Source: Phoronis australis (Eukaryota > Animalia > Phoronida). Taken from it: a stretch of DNA of 64,000 bases. The stretch's first letter is position 1. The number at the start of each line of letters is the position of its first letter. Position numbers and translations under genes: made by a program. Positions 33,729-47,759 of the stretch are shown in pieces. The notes beneath the pieces are model-generated. The model was not told the origin of the DNA. It was given only the letters and a program-made list of their open reading frames with translations, and did no database searches. The stretch lies in assembly GCA_002633005.1 (NCBI GenBank), contig NMRA01000135.1, positions 828,649 to 892,648 on the forward strand, given 5' to 3'.

Positions 33729-33990
33729 ATATTGCGGTGCATTGTCCCAGCTTGTCCGAACTATGAAGCTGCGAAGAAAGCGGGTATATCATTTTTTCGA
33801 CTTCCTCGAGACCCCGAAATGCTTAGGAAGTGGCTCGCGGTAGTGAAGAATGAAAGGTATGCTGTTAATAGCAAGTATGAGGCCGTGAAACATCTCTGTG
33901 TCTGTGCCGGGTCGGCATTTCGTCGACAGTGATTTCTCTGAACAATTCGGGCTTACCAAAGAACTGTCCATACGTTCCGTTGCCTGTGCA
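33729..33990 (+). pseudogene. THAP-domain remnant of a DNA transposase
   Basis: RCIVPACPN...ISFFRLPRDPEMLRKWLAVVK...VC..(fs)HF, with an SVP-like tail. Confidence 0.75.
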
Positions 33991-34235
33991 TGTTCACGGT
34001 GCCTCACTAGTATTTCTTGATCAGTGTATCCCTGTTCGAACTGATAGCCTGAAACCTAACGACCCGTGAAGTCTTCGTCGGATGCCAGTGAGCTCTTGAC
34101 TAAGTCGGGATTGGCGCCGAGCAAGTTGCCATGTAGTCGTTTATTATTCTGCGTTCTGTTTCAAAATGAATTATTCTCATCCTAAAATGATCCTAACCTG
34201 TTGCTTATATGAAACTGAAACAAAGTCTGTCTCAT

Positions 34236-35511
34236 TAGATACAATTTGTATTGCCTTGGATTGCTCGTGAGTGCCAATGTTTTGAGAAGCCAGCAATGAA
34301 TAAAGCAATGCGTTACCAGCTTTTGATGCTGGCAGCAAAGGTAATTGATCGGGCACCGAGGCCGTGTGAGCGCATGCTAATTCAGTGTTTGCTGACAGAA
34401 AGGTGTTGTGAAACAATTACTCGATTTTATATGCTATGGTCACATGTTAGGGGAATCTTTCATTTAGAAATACAAATACATTATTCAAATCATTGTTACT
34501 GTACAACCTTTGACCTGACGGTCTGTGGAAGGGGAACCCGACTTCGCGGCCCCCGACAAGTAGATTTTCAGTTTTTTGGCTAATTCACATATAATTACGT
34601 GCACATTATTTCTCTGGGGCCTTTCATACTAACGTCGACGCGTCGATGGTTTGGGGAGTTGCGGTCAGTATGAACGCTTAACTCCGGTCCTGGATCGCAG
34701 TAAACAGCTCCATTTAACATCGCAGTTAACAGGTGGATTTAATAGCGCAGCGTCGACGCTGCGGTGCAGTATGAACACTTAACTTCGGTCCAATCGAAGT
34801 TAACGCCAGGTGCCACTGTTATCGCCAACAGTTACAGGGTAGTGCTGTCACTAATAGCTGCTTATATTTTGCTCTAATAATAACCAATCGATTTAAAAAT
34901 AAGTTTAATGTCACTTAGCACATGTAAATGTTTCCAAATTGAAACATTGAAAAAATCATATCATGCAACGCTACCTTGCGATTACTTCGATGACGACAGC
35001 GGCACCAACCGCTTACTTCCATGTTCGTTAACTACCGAAGCCAGTATGAACGGTCCAGTTAACTGCGCTGTTTACGTCGACGCTCCGCTCAGACCGGAGA
35101 TAAGTCAATATGAAAGGGCCTTTAGATAGTACAATTTGTAATGTCTTGGAATGTTCGTGAGTGCAAATGTTTTGAGAAGCCAGCAATGAATAAAGCACTC
35201 CGTTACCGGCTTTTGATGCCGGAAACGAAGGTAATTGATTGGGCACCGAGGCCGTGTGAGCGCATGCTAATTCAGTGTTTGCTGACAGAAAGCTGTTGTG
35301 AAACAATTACTCGATTTTATATGCTATGGTCACATGTTAGGGGAATCTTTATTTAGAAATACAAATACATTATTCAAATCATTGTTCATGTACAACCTTT
35401 TCCCTGACGGTCTGTGGAAGGAGAACCAGACTTTGCGGCCCCCGACAAGTACCTAAGTAGATGTTCAGTTTCGTGGCTAATTCACATAAATAATTACGTG
35501 CACATTATTTC
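34236..35511 (+). repeat. ~380-bp direct duplication (34236-34612 and 35123-35511) separated by a MITE
   Basis: Near-identical blocks, e.g. paralogous ORFs 34251 and 35141 (ECxCFEKPAMNKA...WSHVRGIF). Confidence 0.9.
34617..35121. mobile_element. Harbinger-like MITE with subterminal repeats
   Basis: GGGCCTTTCATACT...ATATGAAAGGGCC ends, with repeated CAGTATGAAC, GTCGACGC and GTTAAC motifs. Confidence 0.7.
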
Positions 35512-37329
35512 TTTTGCTCACTATTATAGTCTTTTCGTGACTGGAGGTTTAGTTTCCAACTCAAGCTGGTTTATGTTCGTGCCAATCCCGGCGGCCTCGA
35601 CGGGCCTGTTCGAGCTACGAGCCGCGTGAACTGGCCGGGATAACAAGCGTTTTGTGTGTTTAGAACTCAAAACATCCCAAGTATAAAAACACAGATCTAG
35701 GTTATCCTGTCTGTATTTCACGGAAGAATACTTCGAATTTATCTCCGAACAGACCCCAAACTCCTGCTACGGACCTTGATAAATTGGCTGCCGAACTTTG
35801 TAGGCTACGCCTTTTGTGTCCAAATACCCGGAGTAAATCCGTAACAGCGAAATAAAACAACACGTTTTTATCAGACCTCGGTGTATTTTTAAGGGTTTTA
35901 CATCCATTCGAAGTTTGATGATTTATTAGTGTAAAACGATAAATTCAAGCGATAAGCTGACACCACTAATCCGTGTTGTGAACTGCTGAACAGACTGCAT
36001 ATGAAACCAATTACGCCATTGGAAAATTTCAACACCTCCGTCTGCCGCCAGGTGTCAGGTAACGCAACCGAACCTGCCGTTATCGAGTAGAACTACTCGT
36101 TCTTAATTGATACAAAATAGGTTGTTTCTCCTTTAATTTTATTGCAGGTGGATAAACAGGCTCAGAACAGGAGTTCACCATTTCACCACCAACTTGTACA
36201 TGATCAAAACAGAATTATTTTATTCTTGGTCTCGCTAAAACATCTATATCAGCTGGTACAACACGCTCGATTGCGACAGGGCTAGATTAGAGCTACTGTC
36301 CTTGAATAAGCTCCGCTCCACTTGTCAGTCACTGAGCTGGTGAGCAGTCAAGACATATTATTTACTGAAGCTTGGTCAAATATACTTTAAAAAACAACTT
36401 TGGATCTTTAGAATGTTTTTATTTTTTTCACTATACTGTGCATCAAGAATTAAAGATTAGGATGACATAAAAATGTAAAGAAACAGTCAAAATTATTTTT
36501 TTTGTGTATCCACCTGCCTTAATTGGGCTTTTTCTCGGCATCGGCAAATCGACTTAATTTGTACTTAAGAACATAAGTTCTTACGGCTTGGTGGATTACG
36601 CCGAAACCTTCCAGATTCAATATTTATTCATCAGTCTCAAGAGCGCTGTTAGGATTTTTGAAAAAATGCCTAGTTTTGCTTACTGTAATAAAATACCTTA
36701 CGTTTTGCGAGTTGATTTGTCATAGAAACCAAACAAAAATGCTAATAAAAAAAACTAACAACGTTTTTGAGGTGAGTGGTGAAGTTTTCTTTTAAAAAAC
36801 GGTTTCATTAAAATTGACCGAGGGATTATTGTGCTATGAATGTACCTTTCTTAAACATGGAATTTTTATATTTCCTGATTTTTTTCTTTCATAAAATGTA
36901 TATTTTCACTAGTTGAAAAAGCCTAGTTTTTTGATATAAGAGTTCTTAGACTAATGGAGGCCACTAAATAAGGTTTGGTATAATCTTCAGAGAGCACTAG
37001 CTTTTTAGTGTAAATGTGCTACTTAAACTGCTGGGCCTTTTCGAATGTCAAATGCTTGAGGATTTATGCCTACATTTGGTGAAAAGACTGGAGCTACGAC
37101 CCATTTCCCACTATGGGTTTTCGCCTTTTTGTTTGAGGTTTATTGTACGCTGTAATTATCTGTCGTGATGGTAATGATTTGCCGCTTAGTAGACATAAGC
37201 CCTGTGGAGTCTGAGGTAGCGTTCATTGTGTTTAAATTTATTATGCAACAAATGCCATCCCTCAGTGACATGTATTGACCTTTGTGATAGTGCAGGCTCT
37301 CTCAATATTACTTATGACTTATACTCCAT

Positions 37330-37726
37330 GGCTCGGGTCTAATCTTTACACTCGAAATTGTTCTTGACATTTTCCGCCCTGCACTTGTGCGAACTCAAGC
37401 TACATGTAAGTGGCACTTATTCTGTATTCGGGTATCACTACAGTTTATTTGTATAGCTGACTTGTCACAGCTCGCTTTTGAATTAGAAATTTAAAGTTTT
37501 TACTCGAAATATCATGATCTCTCTTTTGTAACTCGACTGTAGGACTGGCCAGTCCTAGAGTTCTTTGCTCGAATCTTTAATCTAGTGGTCATCAAGTGCG
37601 AACGTGACTGTACTAGACACTAATCTGAGCAAAGGATGCCCTTGATCATAGAATAATACTCGGACATTTATCGTACAAAAGTATAACGGAAAATTCAAGT
37701 TCGAGTTCAGAGATCAGATGCCGGGC
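37330..37726. mobile_element. Diverged relative of the 23219 MITE
   Basis: GGCTCGGGTCTAATCTTTACACTCGAAATT...TTCGAGTTCAGAGATCAGATGCCGGGC ends, plus a shared GCGAACTCAA block. Confidence 0.55.
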
Positions 37727-37762
37727 TGTGAACAGAACGCGACATGTTTAATCACGGTAGTT

Positions 37763-38184
37763 TCATTGGATTCTCAATGAAACACGATTCCTTGAAATGT
37801 GCCTAATAAAGGGTGGCGCCACACTGACATTCCCCTTTCTCATAGGGCGCACAAACCGATGCCATTTCGGTGCAATTTTCATGACTTTAGGAAATTTGAA
37901 CACAGATATGTTCTCATTCAAGTTGCTGCCTCCACAAACGCACCTTTTCATGTGTGAAACAGGCGGCTATCCGAGTAGTTTCCTCACAACTCCCCAGTAT
38001 TGCACTGGTAAAAACAACAATGGCGGAGACGGTATTCCACCCATTACGTACAACCCCGATAACAGAATTTTTTTTTTTTAATTTTTGGCTTCTTTCTTAG
38101 CAACAGGTATGCTAAAGGCTATCAAATCTCTTAAGATATATTAACAAAATTCTTTTTGAGACACAGGGTCATGGTGGGAGCTCT
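37763..38184 (-). mobile_element. Kolobok-like left end with THAP remnant
   Basis: MKRCVCGGSN...ISVFKFPK...KWHRFVR, ~230 bp inside a TTAA|AGAGCTCCC terminus. Confidence 0.55.
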
Positions 38185-38324
38185 TTAAATTGTGTATTCG
38201 ATAAATGCAACAATAAGAAAGCGGTAGGTAAGGGAGCGTTCACTACCGTCCTACTGCCCCCGTCACCTCTCAGCACTCACTGCTGTTATCCTTTTCGAAA
38301 TGGGTGAGCGCTACGCCCGTAAGT

Positions 38325-38617
38325 TAATTACAAATACATCACTTTATACAAAATAAGGGGTGGTCCAAAGTGACAAGTGTCCCTATTGTGATGACTTACA
38401 GACTTTACTTCATATGTTTTATCATTGCTCCTGTGTCAGGACTTTCTGGGAATCAGCGCAAACACTCTTAAATACTCAATACATGTTTACGATTTGGGAC
38501 ACATTAGATTTTGTTCAAAACTCTGATTCAAATCATAAATTAATTTGTAATTCCGTTAATACACTTGCCACTTTACTTCATTTATCAGACAGCAAAGGTA
38601 GAATATCCTCTCTTTTC
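38325..38617 (+). pseudogene. LINE (Tx1/L1) ORF2 C-terminal zinc-finger remnant
   Basis: TNTSLYKI...SDKCPYC...QTLLHMFYHC..VRTFW. Confidence 0.75.
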
Positions 38618-38825
38618 CATGCGCGCACCCAGCCTAAAATATAGGGTGGCTCGAATTCTTAGGTATGCGGACCTTTTACTGAAAAAATGGGGCCACTAGG
38701 TTCATGCCTCACATTCGCGCTGAATATTCCTGTGGGCTTTGTGGACCTTCGTCTCCTTTACTCGGACTTTTTGTTTCGCTGAGGCAGACCTTTTGCCCAA
38801 TTCGCCAAATTGGGGTGTGCCCATG
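38618..38825. mobile_element. MITE family B (CATGCGCGCACCC ends); other copies at ~41072-41310, ~44740-44870, ~50179-50400, ~63590-63720
   Basis: CATGCGCGCACCC...GGGTGTGCCCATG inverted ends. Shared GGACTTTTTGT / GAGGCAGACCTTTT blocks in the listed copies. Confidence 0.7.
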
Positions 38826-41800
38826 TTTTTTAACTATCTCAAGTTGAAATTACAAACGTTCATAAACACAATTTAACAGATACCTCGGACACAAATGTGG
38901 ATAAATGGAGAGGTCTGCACGCATGCTTTAAATTAGTATTCTAGAAATGATCAAAGTTCTACTGTTATTATTTTCATGTTTGTATGTATTTATATAGGAC
39001 ATAATTTCATCAGACATCATATCAGCACGGCGGAAGTGTGTGTGTATGAACGGCGCGTGAAAGTCACTTGCCTTCTGCTTCAAGCAGAATCTTTTCTGAA
39101 TAATTTTGAAATTACATGATAGGTTCATGACCAATGTTAGCAAAAACGGTATCGACACTAAAATATCGGTTACCATGGTAACACTGGAACTGTTTCCGTG
39201 GAGGTACTTTTCATGCTTGTTAAAAAGCAGCAGTAAGTTATACCCTTATAGCGAAGCTCCCTCCACGATAAAACTGAAAGTAATAACATGAGCATGTAGA
39301 AAACTCCATGCTCTTGAACTTAATACAAAAAGATTGTCAGCCCTTCAGGCAGGCTTGGCAATAGTTATCTGAATTTCACTATTTTCAGACCCACATATGT
39401 GTATTTGTCGTGTACAAGCAGCCACTAGTTGTGCACCGTTTCTACGCATTAAATTGCCGTAGTATAATACAACAAATAAAAAAGAATTGGTTTGCTTAAA
39501 TGTTTTTAATTAATTTTAAGGACACAAACAGTTCCCACTAAAATATGAAATTGTACTAGAATTGTTCGTCCAAATCATTGAATATCAAACTAAAGCATAC
39601 AATATGCGTTAGTTGAATGATGGCTGATCTGAAGTGCAGGTTTGCGAATATAACTATTTATCTGGCACCATAGATTATACATGTAGACAATCATCGTTAC
39701 AGCCCTCGACATACATTGGCGTCGCTAAAGACACTGAGTACATCCACTGCACACAAGAGGGGAAATCCGACAGAGGTCTGAAAAATTACTACAGATGTTA
39801 AGTCAAGATTCAACGTCTTGCTTCATGCGAGCTCAGGTAGGAATCACCAAACTCCAGGGTCAGACTCTGAAGAATATTTTTAGGAGCACTTCAGTCATGC
39901 AAAAATACTTTTATTGATGCACCATGATTGCTTATAAATTGGGCGTTATTGCGTAATCATATCTTATTTCAAATGTCTTGAAGTATGTGCAGTGTATGTA
40001 TACATTGACATAGAAAATAGGTAGGCCTAGTTACCATAACCTTTCATAATAATCACCAAATGTGCTCAAACATTTTACATTGTTACTTCTCTTAATGAAA
40101 TCTCAGAGTGGGTCAAAAGAAAGCGAGTTAGATTTGGAGCCCATGGTTACTACAGTAACAGTAAGTACTTGTAATTTTTTTTAACAAATTTGCAATTGCC
40201 TAAAATCGGTTAATTTTTTCATGTTTCAATGTTATGAAGAGAAATGTAATGCACAACTCGTGCATTTCACAATGAACGCTGACACATAGCAATGATAATT
40301 TAAAGTCTCACACGTTGTTAACCCTTATTACATGGTTAGAGGGTATTAGAAGGATCCAAGAAGTACCTACCCCATAACTAATACACAATCCGTAATCGAA
40401 TAAAGCTTAATAAACGCGTCACTCACGATTTGCACCCGAAGAACACACCGCCATTTTGAACTTACCGCGAACCGGGAAGTACAATTCATTCAGGAACGCA
40501 GGCTAAGAAAACGCCGTCAGTGCGACTGGAGCAGTGCCTGTTACCAGCCGGCAAACAGAGATAAAATAATCGACAGCTCGCCTTCATTTTAATGAAATCA
40601 AAATACGGACAATTTTATCGAATTTGCTGAAGAAATGTGGCGACTAAATTTTGACAGAAACTGTTTTCCGGACTGGGGACCGCAGCCTATCGGACACGGT
40701 GCGGATCGAGACACTGGCGAACGGTAAAGGCATTTTGCAAGCTGTTTTGTCCAAGTAAAATGTTCAAATCAGAAATGCGGTATATATTCAAAGGCAGTTT
40801 CAGACACTTGCATAAAATTCCGGCTGGTTAGTCTTGTGTCACACTGCCGCGGCAGCCCTTGGCTTAGCCAGCCTCAGTGCCAGCTACCAGCATGAAGACT
40901 TAGTACAGTTTGTAAGCAGGCCTATACAGCTTTGCGCCAAGGCTACCCTTAGGTCTACTTAGTCGCTGGCCACAGCGCTCGCTCAAACGATCGAGGTTTA
41001 TTTAGAACTTGGGGTCTTCTGGCGAACTGTGCAAAGTTGTTTGCTTTCACTCAGAGATTTTCTTAGACTTTGTATGAGCGCACCAAGCCTAAAAAAATGG
41101 GGAGCTGGAATTTTTGGGAATGTCTACATTTTACTATAAGATTCACTGGGTATGTTCGGAGCTATGAATTGCAGACGCTAAATTTTGGTACTTCCTGTCT
41201 TCTAGTGGAATTTTGTCTCGTTTTCTACTTTTTTGGAGCTCGTGGTTCTCTGACTGAGGCAGACATTTTTCCATTTCTCCAAATAGGGGGCTCGTTCGAG
41301 CACATACATGTAAGTATGACAAGTCCAATACAAAATGTTATTTTTTATTCATTAAGCCAAAATGATTCAACCTCCTACTATAATAAGTAACTTAAAATGC
41401 ATAATATTTTATAACATTTAGTATTACTAACACTATCCCACAGCAGAAGTTTCCATGATATGAAAGTGGACATACATGTAACTATTACCATGGTGACCGA
41501 ATAGTGCTTCCTTACACCAGAATTTGACAAGCATGATTAAAAAAATATGAAGTTGCAAGGAACAAGAATTGGAGGCTTGAAACTTCACAATCCAACATAG
41601 CTTATTTCTCAAATTAAGATTCTTCATATTGTTGACTTGATAACCTGAATTAAGAAGCAATAAGTTTCAAAACATGACTTGAAAGCCATTTAGACTTAAA
41701 ATTTAGAAAAATATGAATCATTTTGTGACACTTAATCAAGCCTTGAACAGCAGTTGATAGTCAAACAAAACATTTCAAAATTATTTCAACTATTTTTTAG

Positions 41801-44800
41801 TAAGACCACCTGAATGGGAAATTCACAGTAAAATAATTCGAATATATCTTATATTTTTGCACCAAAAAAAGAAAATTGAACAAAGTTCCTTTTTTGTAGC
41901 AACGTTTGTCAAAATGTATCAACGTTGAATCTTCACAAATCACAAAGTAACACGTTGAACATGCCTTCCAGTTCAGCAAAAATCGTCATGTTGTCGGTGC
42001 CGCCAGAAAGAAACGGGAAAGTCCAACGGGAATTATGAGCACTTTTATCACTCAATAAGTAACAACTGCGAGGCTGAAATTTGGTGAAAACTGTTGAATC
42101 GTGCAGAATAGTAAGTAAAGATATGTCTCACTAAATTTCACCTTAAATTGTTGGTGAAAATAATTTACACAAAGTTTTAAAACCCGTAACTTATCCCGCT
42201 GTCCTCCAATATGGCCGACCCAAATTTCGCCAACAAAATTGCAATAACTTTACACTGCTTGCCCCGATTTTGATACTTTTTCGATTATTACTGAGTAGAA
42301 TGAACTATCTTTCCGATGATAGCAAAGTACTTTTTCAAAACGAAAAAAAAATCAAAACGAAAAAAATTGGTTCGACTCTCATATTGGTGGTTCCTAGGTT
42401 CGACCGCCCTACGTAAGGAACTAAACACCATTGTAATTTTAACGTAATAAGTACGCGTAACATTCAAAAAAGTCAACGACCACTAACTACAAATTATAAA
42501 TACACAACATATGCAATCGAATCATGAGATATTACTAATAAAACAAAATAATGAAGACTTTTCGAGCAAGCGATAGCACATTTGGTTACAAGGAAAAATG
42601 TCGGAGTTCAGGACAAGTTCCTGAACTGACGAGCCGGAAATGTGGGTACGGAAAAAACCGATGACAGCCGGTAGTTATACGCTCACAGAGAAGGGTCAAA
42701 AACTGTTTAAAAATCGCTTTTGTTACAAAAAGCGAAAAGAATATAAAGATATGGTCTCAAAAATAAGATTTTATTTAGTAGGTATTTTCGAATACTGGAA
42801 CCACATGGGCATTTTGAGACAAGGACTTTAAATCGGTCTCAATATTTTCTACATGCAATGTGCCATACTTCTGTTTTATACCTTTGTCCTACTGTCAGGT
42901 ACATAGATTTTCATTAGGTGAATTTTTATAATCAAATTTGAATGACTTATTTGTGATGCCTTCACTTTAGCTTGGTGATCATATTTTCTGAGCCGAAGTG
43001 GCCACATTAAACTTAATATGTTTAATTTTTTCATTAATACAATTTTAGGAATCATGAAAGGCTTATGCTGAAGAAGTGGCTTTTGCTGAAGTTGGAAACC
43101 TGCCGATTAACTTGAAGGTTGGGTATGGAAAAGCTTAGAACTAGCAAGAAGGTCTCTTTCTGGACTGACAACTGAGTTTGAGGGCTGGCGAGAGGCCGAA
43201 AAGTCTACTCCCAGACGATGTGAGGAACGAGTCGGGGAAAAGGTATTTGCCAAAGATTGCTGGCTTATACCACAACAGGTCGTAAGTAAGATGTTGAGAA
43301 AGGCCACTCTCAGCAACTGTAGGAAACTGCGACAGTTGGATGTAGGAGATATGACACAGGAAGTGGAGTATGCATTGGAGAGAGACAATCTGCACTTTAA
43401 GATTGTCAAGGATGTAGCATTGTCAAAATTCAAAGGGAGGAAACAATACAGTGGCTGGACCTGTAAATACTCTGGCGGATCTGCTAAATCCAGTGGTGGT
43501 ATTATCATGTCAGCACAGCTGTGTAGGGAAGTAGGCTTGTGTATTGTTGAAAGCTTTGTTTGCAGAGCTTTCGGTAAAATGCCTTGCGCCTCGTAAAATC
43601 GACAATTTCTACTTGTTATTAGCAATTCCAGGGTTCTCAAGAAGAGACGTGTGACGTTTATCACAGTTTAATCGTCCCTGGTGACACCTTTGTTAGTTAT
43701 GATTTGTGAAACAATTTGAAATATTTACAGCAGGTCCTTGTGTGAGACGGCGATCGGGAACGATGTCGTTAATTCTCTATGGCGATCGTGAACGTACATT
43801 TTTTTCTCTGCATTGGCCTGAATAGTCGTTCAAGTTACGGTAATATGTCAATAATTTTAGAATAATACGGAGCCTGAATTAGTTGATGGGTCAATTATTA
43901 ACATTCCATCGTTTTTTCATTATTTCTAAGTGAGATTTAGTCTAACAAACGCAACTGAATGCGTTTGATTTTTTTTCAGTTGAACTGTAGCCACACTACG
44001 AGTCCTTTAGGGTGTTAACGTCCACGCCTTCAAAAAGGAGTAGTGTATGTCACAACAGTGTGTGTGTGTGTTGTGGAGCCTTGTTCAGGAACTAAGAAAT
44101 CGACTTCGTATGACCACATGGCAATAAAATACAGTGACACTACAAAAAAGCAAGACTTTTACCAGCCCTGTGCAGGCCCGTAGGAAGGAAAAATTATTGG
44201 GGGCACAAACCAATTTGATTTCACCGACCTACCCCCNNNNNNNNNNNNNNNNNNNNNNNCCCCCCACGTCCGCCATAGGTGGGGGTAATACCGGGGATGC
44301 AGCCATCAGGATTTGACTAACCGTGAACCAAAACCAACAAAATTCAAGGAGAGTAAGAAAGCGTCTAGGCACCGAGCGCACTGATAGGTAGTTGGGAGCT
44401 GCCTGAAGTAACTACAGCTACGTCGAAGGTCAAGATTCCTTTTATTATGATCCATTTTCGGAAAAACTTAATTCATTTTATTGTGGGGATTCTTTGAAGT
44501 AATTTTTGGAAAGGTGAGGTCCCGAGGTGCCTGGTATGAGTGCCTTCGTGGCCGTTTCAGAATCCCTTGATGAAACACAGTCTAGTTTCTGGTTGCTGGG
44601 GAAAATGATACAGATTGTGTCTCAAATATGTACACACATCAACGTCTGGGGTTCAATAACTGAGATTCTGAGCAGGCCTACTGCATGGTTACACCTTATT
44701 TTTAAGGTGGGGGGTGCCTGCCATGACGTGCTCCGTGTATGCGCGCACCTCGGGGTGCTGGGGGGCTCGTTGGCAAAGAGGGCAAAAAGGTCCGCCTCAG

Positions 44801-46995
44801 AGAAACAAAAAATCCGAGAAAAACGAGACAAAAGTCCACTGAAAAGGCAAGATACGGCGTATGCNCGTATGATGCATGGGAAATGCAAGTAAACGGTTCA
44901 GTTTTGAAGAACAAAAATTCATTGCGCAATACTGCTGGAAACCAAAAACATCAAGGAAGTGACGTTTGACCTTTGAGGAAAACAAAACAGAAGTGCATGG
45001 TCGCAAATATATCATTAGGGAGGAGAATTTCAAAACTATCGTGATGAAAAACCTTTTACTTAGTGTGTGTTTAAAAACAGTGAATCTAACGATTCTTTTC
45101 TAGAAATTCTTGCAATATTCAAAGTGAATACCCTCAGGTTGGTACCGTCAAGAAGTGGATTCGCAAGGTATTTTTACGAGTTTTCTTGTTCCACGCCTTT
45201 TCAATAAAAAACTAATGCAAGGTATTTTCGTCAGCATTGGCTTCTTCCGCGGTGATTGGGAAGAAAATTCGCTCACGCAGTCACATCGTGCAACTACCCG
45301 GATTAGCACGCGCCGACATTTTTAAGGTAAAGAACATAAAAGAACTTAATAATTTTAAATAATACAGAGCGTCGAGTTCGCAATGTCATAGACAATCTTA
45401 AATTGCTCACAAGTTACTAACACTCACAGAATTCCCAAGAAAGTAAGACATGATCATAACACTGGTTAATGCATGTTGTTTTCGAGTTGACAGTGTGTGC
45501 CGTCCAGTATTCGAGAGACTATTTGCTTTCTGTCACTGTTCTGGTTAGAAAGTGATATTGTTATTAGGTTCTTATGCTGTCTGTTATTGACACTGTTCTC
45601 TATGGACCTTTTAGTTAAACTCAATGCTGAGGATTTCTGACCTGCCAGTTTGGTAATTGAGCGGTTACAATAAAACGGAAACCTGGTTCACCCAAAACAA
45701 ACAGTCGTTAAATAGGTGTTACATATGTTATAATGTATAATCATTCAACATATTATTTCGTGTACAAATATTACCCATGGCCTCCGGTCAAACCTGAAAA
45801 TCATACAATAAATGGGACTTTATATTTAGACATTAAATGCTTCCAATTTTGGACAATAAAGATGAGTAACGATAACATATTCTAGACCAGCAGTCTGCGT
45901 TGTTGATAAAAGCTTCACTATAGATTATTTTCCAATAAAAAGGGGCGTGAGACAGGGTGGTTCCTTTTCAGGCGGGCATTTCTTTGCCAAGCGCCTAGCT
46001 GTTGAAGTTATTACCGATATTACATTCGGAATAGCAATTCAATAAGAGGCATACATGTTGTAAAACTCATAGTGAAATTCTCCAGTACAACGGTGATAAT
46101 ACCTAATTTCAACAAGATACTAATTCTGGTATAAATTGTCTAAACATTTTAAAAACATATTGGGTTATTGTCAGGCCTACTGCTAAATATCAAACAGTCT
46201 GAAGTCGAGAGAAAGAGTGTTTTGGTCTTACCAGCTTCAAGAGCAATGGTGAAGCAATCTGGAGGTTACGAATTATTATTTTTCAGTCGCAATAAACACG
46301 AAAGTGGTTTCCTCAATTTGAACTTAAAATTAAATCGCTTAAAAAGTCTTTCGTTGTCTAAAAAAAAGTTGAGCCTTTTGGGCTTTTTAAGGTACTCTAC
46401 ATAATGAGTAATTTGATAAATAGAACGAAAATAAACACTAAAGTAAAAATTTTGTTTGGCAACATAAACTCAGAATTCAAAAAGTGGCTTTAAATTTCCA
46501 TGGAAATCGTGTTTTGTCTGCCTGGTGTAAATATGATGTACAAGTCATTTGTAGTAGAGTGGATTATGTTATCGGTTACTTAGATATAATCACTAGCGAT
46601 TTAATGAGTGTAACATGGTCTTTATATCAAATTATGATATTAAGTTATTGTCTCTTGCAAATTTTGATATCTTCTACGATCACATCTTGGTTGCTTGAGA
46701 AGAGGTTATTGCCTGCTTACGTAATCACGTTACAAAGCAACTGGTGTGGAGCATCAAAAACAGTTTTGCATATTGATGACATATTTTGGATGCAGCTTTG
46801 AGGCTCCTAATTCCATATTAAGTATTTTTCTACATTATATTTATAAATGATGTGGAGACCAGACGATCAATAGTTATACACAATTTAAGTTCTACCATTG
46901 TGTATCCTGTGTTCTAAGAAATATACAAGTCAACTCTTTAAACTGTTAGAAAACTCTTGTTATTTACTGGCAACAATCGCGATTTTATTAGTTAG

Positions 46996-47253
46996 GTGAT
47001 GTGTGTACACGTGATGTGAGTACACGTGATGTGTGTACACGTGATGTGTTTACACGTGATGTGAGTACGCGTGATGAGTGTACACGTGATGTGAATACAC
47101 GTGATGTGTTTACACGTGATGTGTTTACACGTGATGTGTGTCCACGTGATGTGTACACGTGATGTGTGTACACGTGATGTGTGTACACGTGATGTGTGTA
47201 CACGTGATGTGTGTACACGTGATGTGTGTACACGTGATGTGTGTATACGTGAT
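46996..47253. repeat. 15-bp minisatellite (GTGATGTGTGTACAC) x ~17
   Basis: Directly visible tandem array. Confidence 0.97.
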
Positions 47254-47759
47254 TGGCAGAAGTTGACTGTGGGTTTAGTTTAAAAGATGCTATGCTTTGT
47301 GACTGTGTGTGGATGGAGAGAGAATAATTAATATATTATATCATAACTACTGATTAAAACAATTGAAGCATGTTGCTAATTAGGTAAACCAACAGTGAAG
47401 GAGAGTAAACAGGCTAGTCCCCTCTGTACGGATAACGTCAATCAATTAACCATATACAAGCAAACACCTATGATATCCAATCTGTATGACTCGACACTTA
47501 CTCGGTGGAAGGCTGTCCTGTTGATCGATCGTTGTACTAACACACACTGTACTGTGCGACAGTGTGCTTGCTGGTCACCGTTCTTCGTGACGCATCACAA
47601 GTGTGTAGTATCGCTCTACCCACGATACACCACTCTGGCCACAGTCCTTCGTGACGCAACGACACGTGTAGGCAGTATCTGACTACTCACAATTCCTCTT
47701 GCTGGACACAGTCCCTCGTGACGCAACACCTGCAGGCACTTCTACCCACGATTCCTCCT

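Noticed and set aside
43107-43664. 185-aa ORF with overlapping opposite-strand ORF
   Set aside because: No motif I can recognise and no splice context. It is probably decayed transposon coding sequence.
46988-47283. Repetitive ORFs (YTHHV / CTRDV) and a CRISPR-like look
   Set aside because: These are translations of a minisatellite. There are no unique spacers and no cas genes, and the context is eukaryotic.
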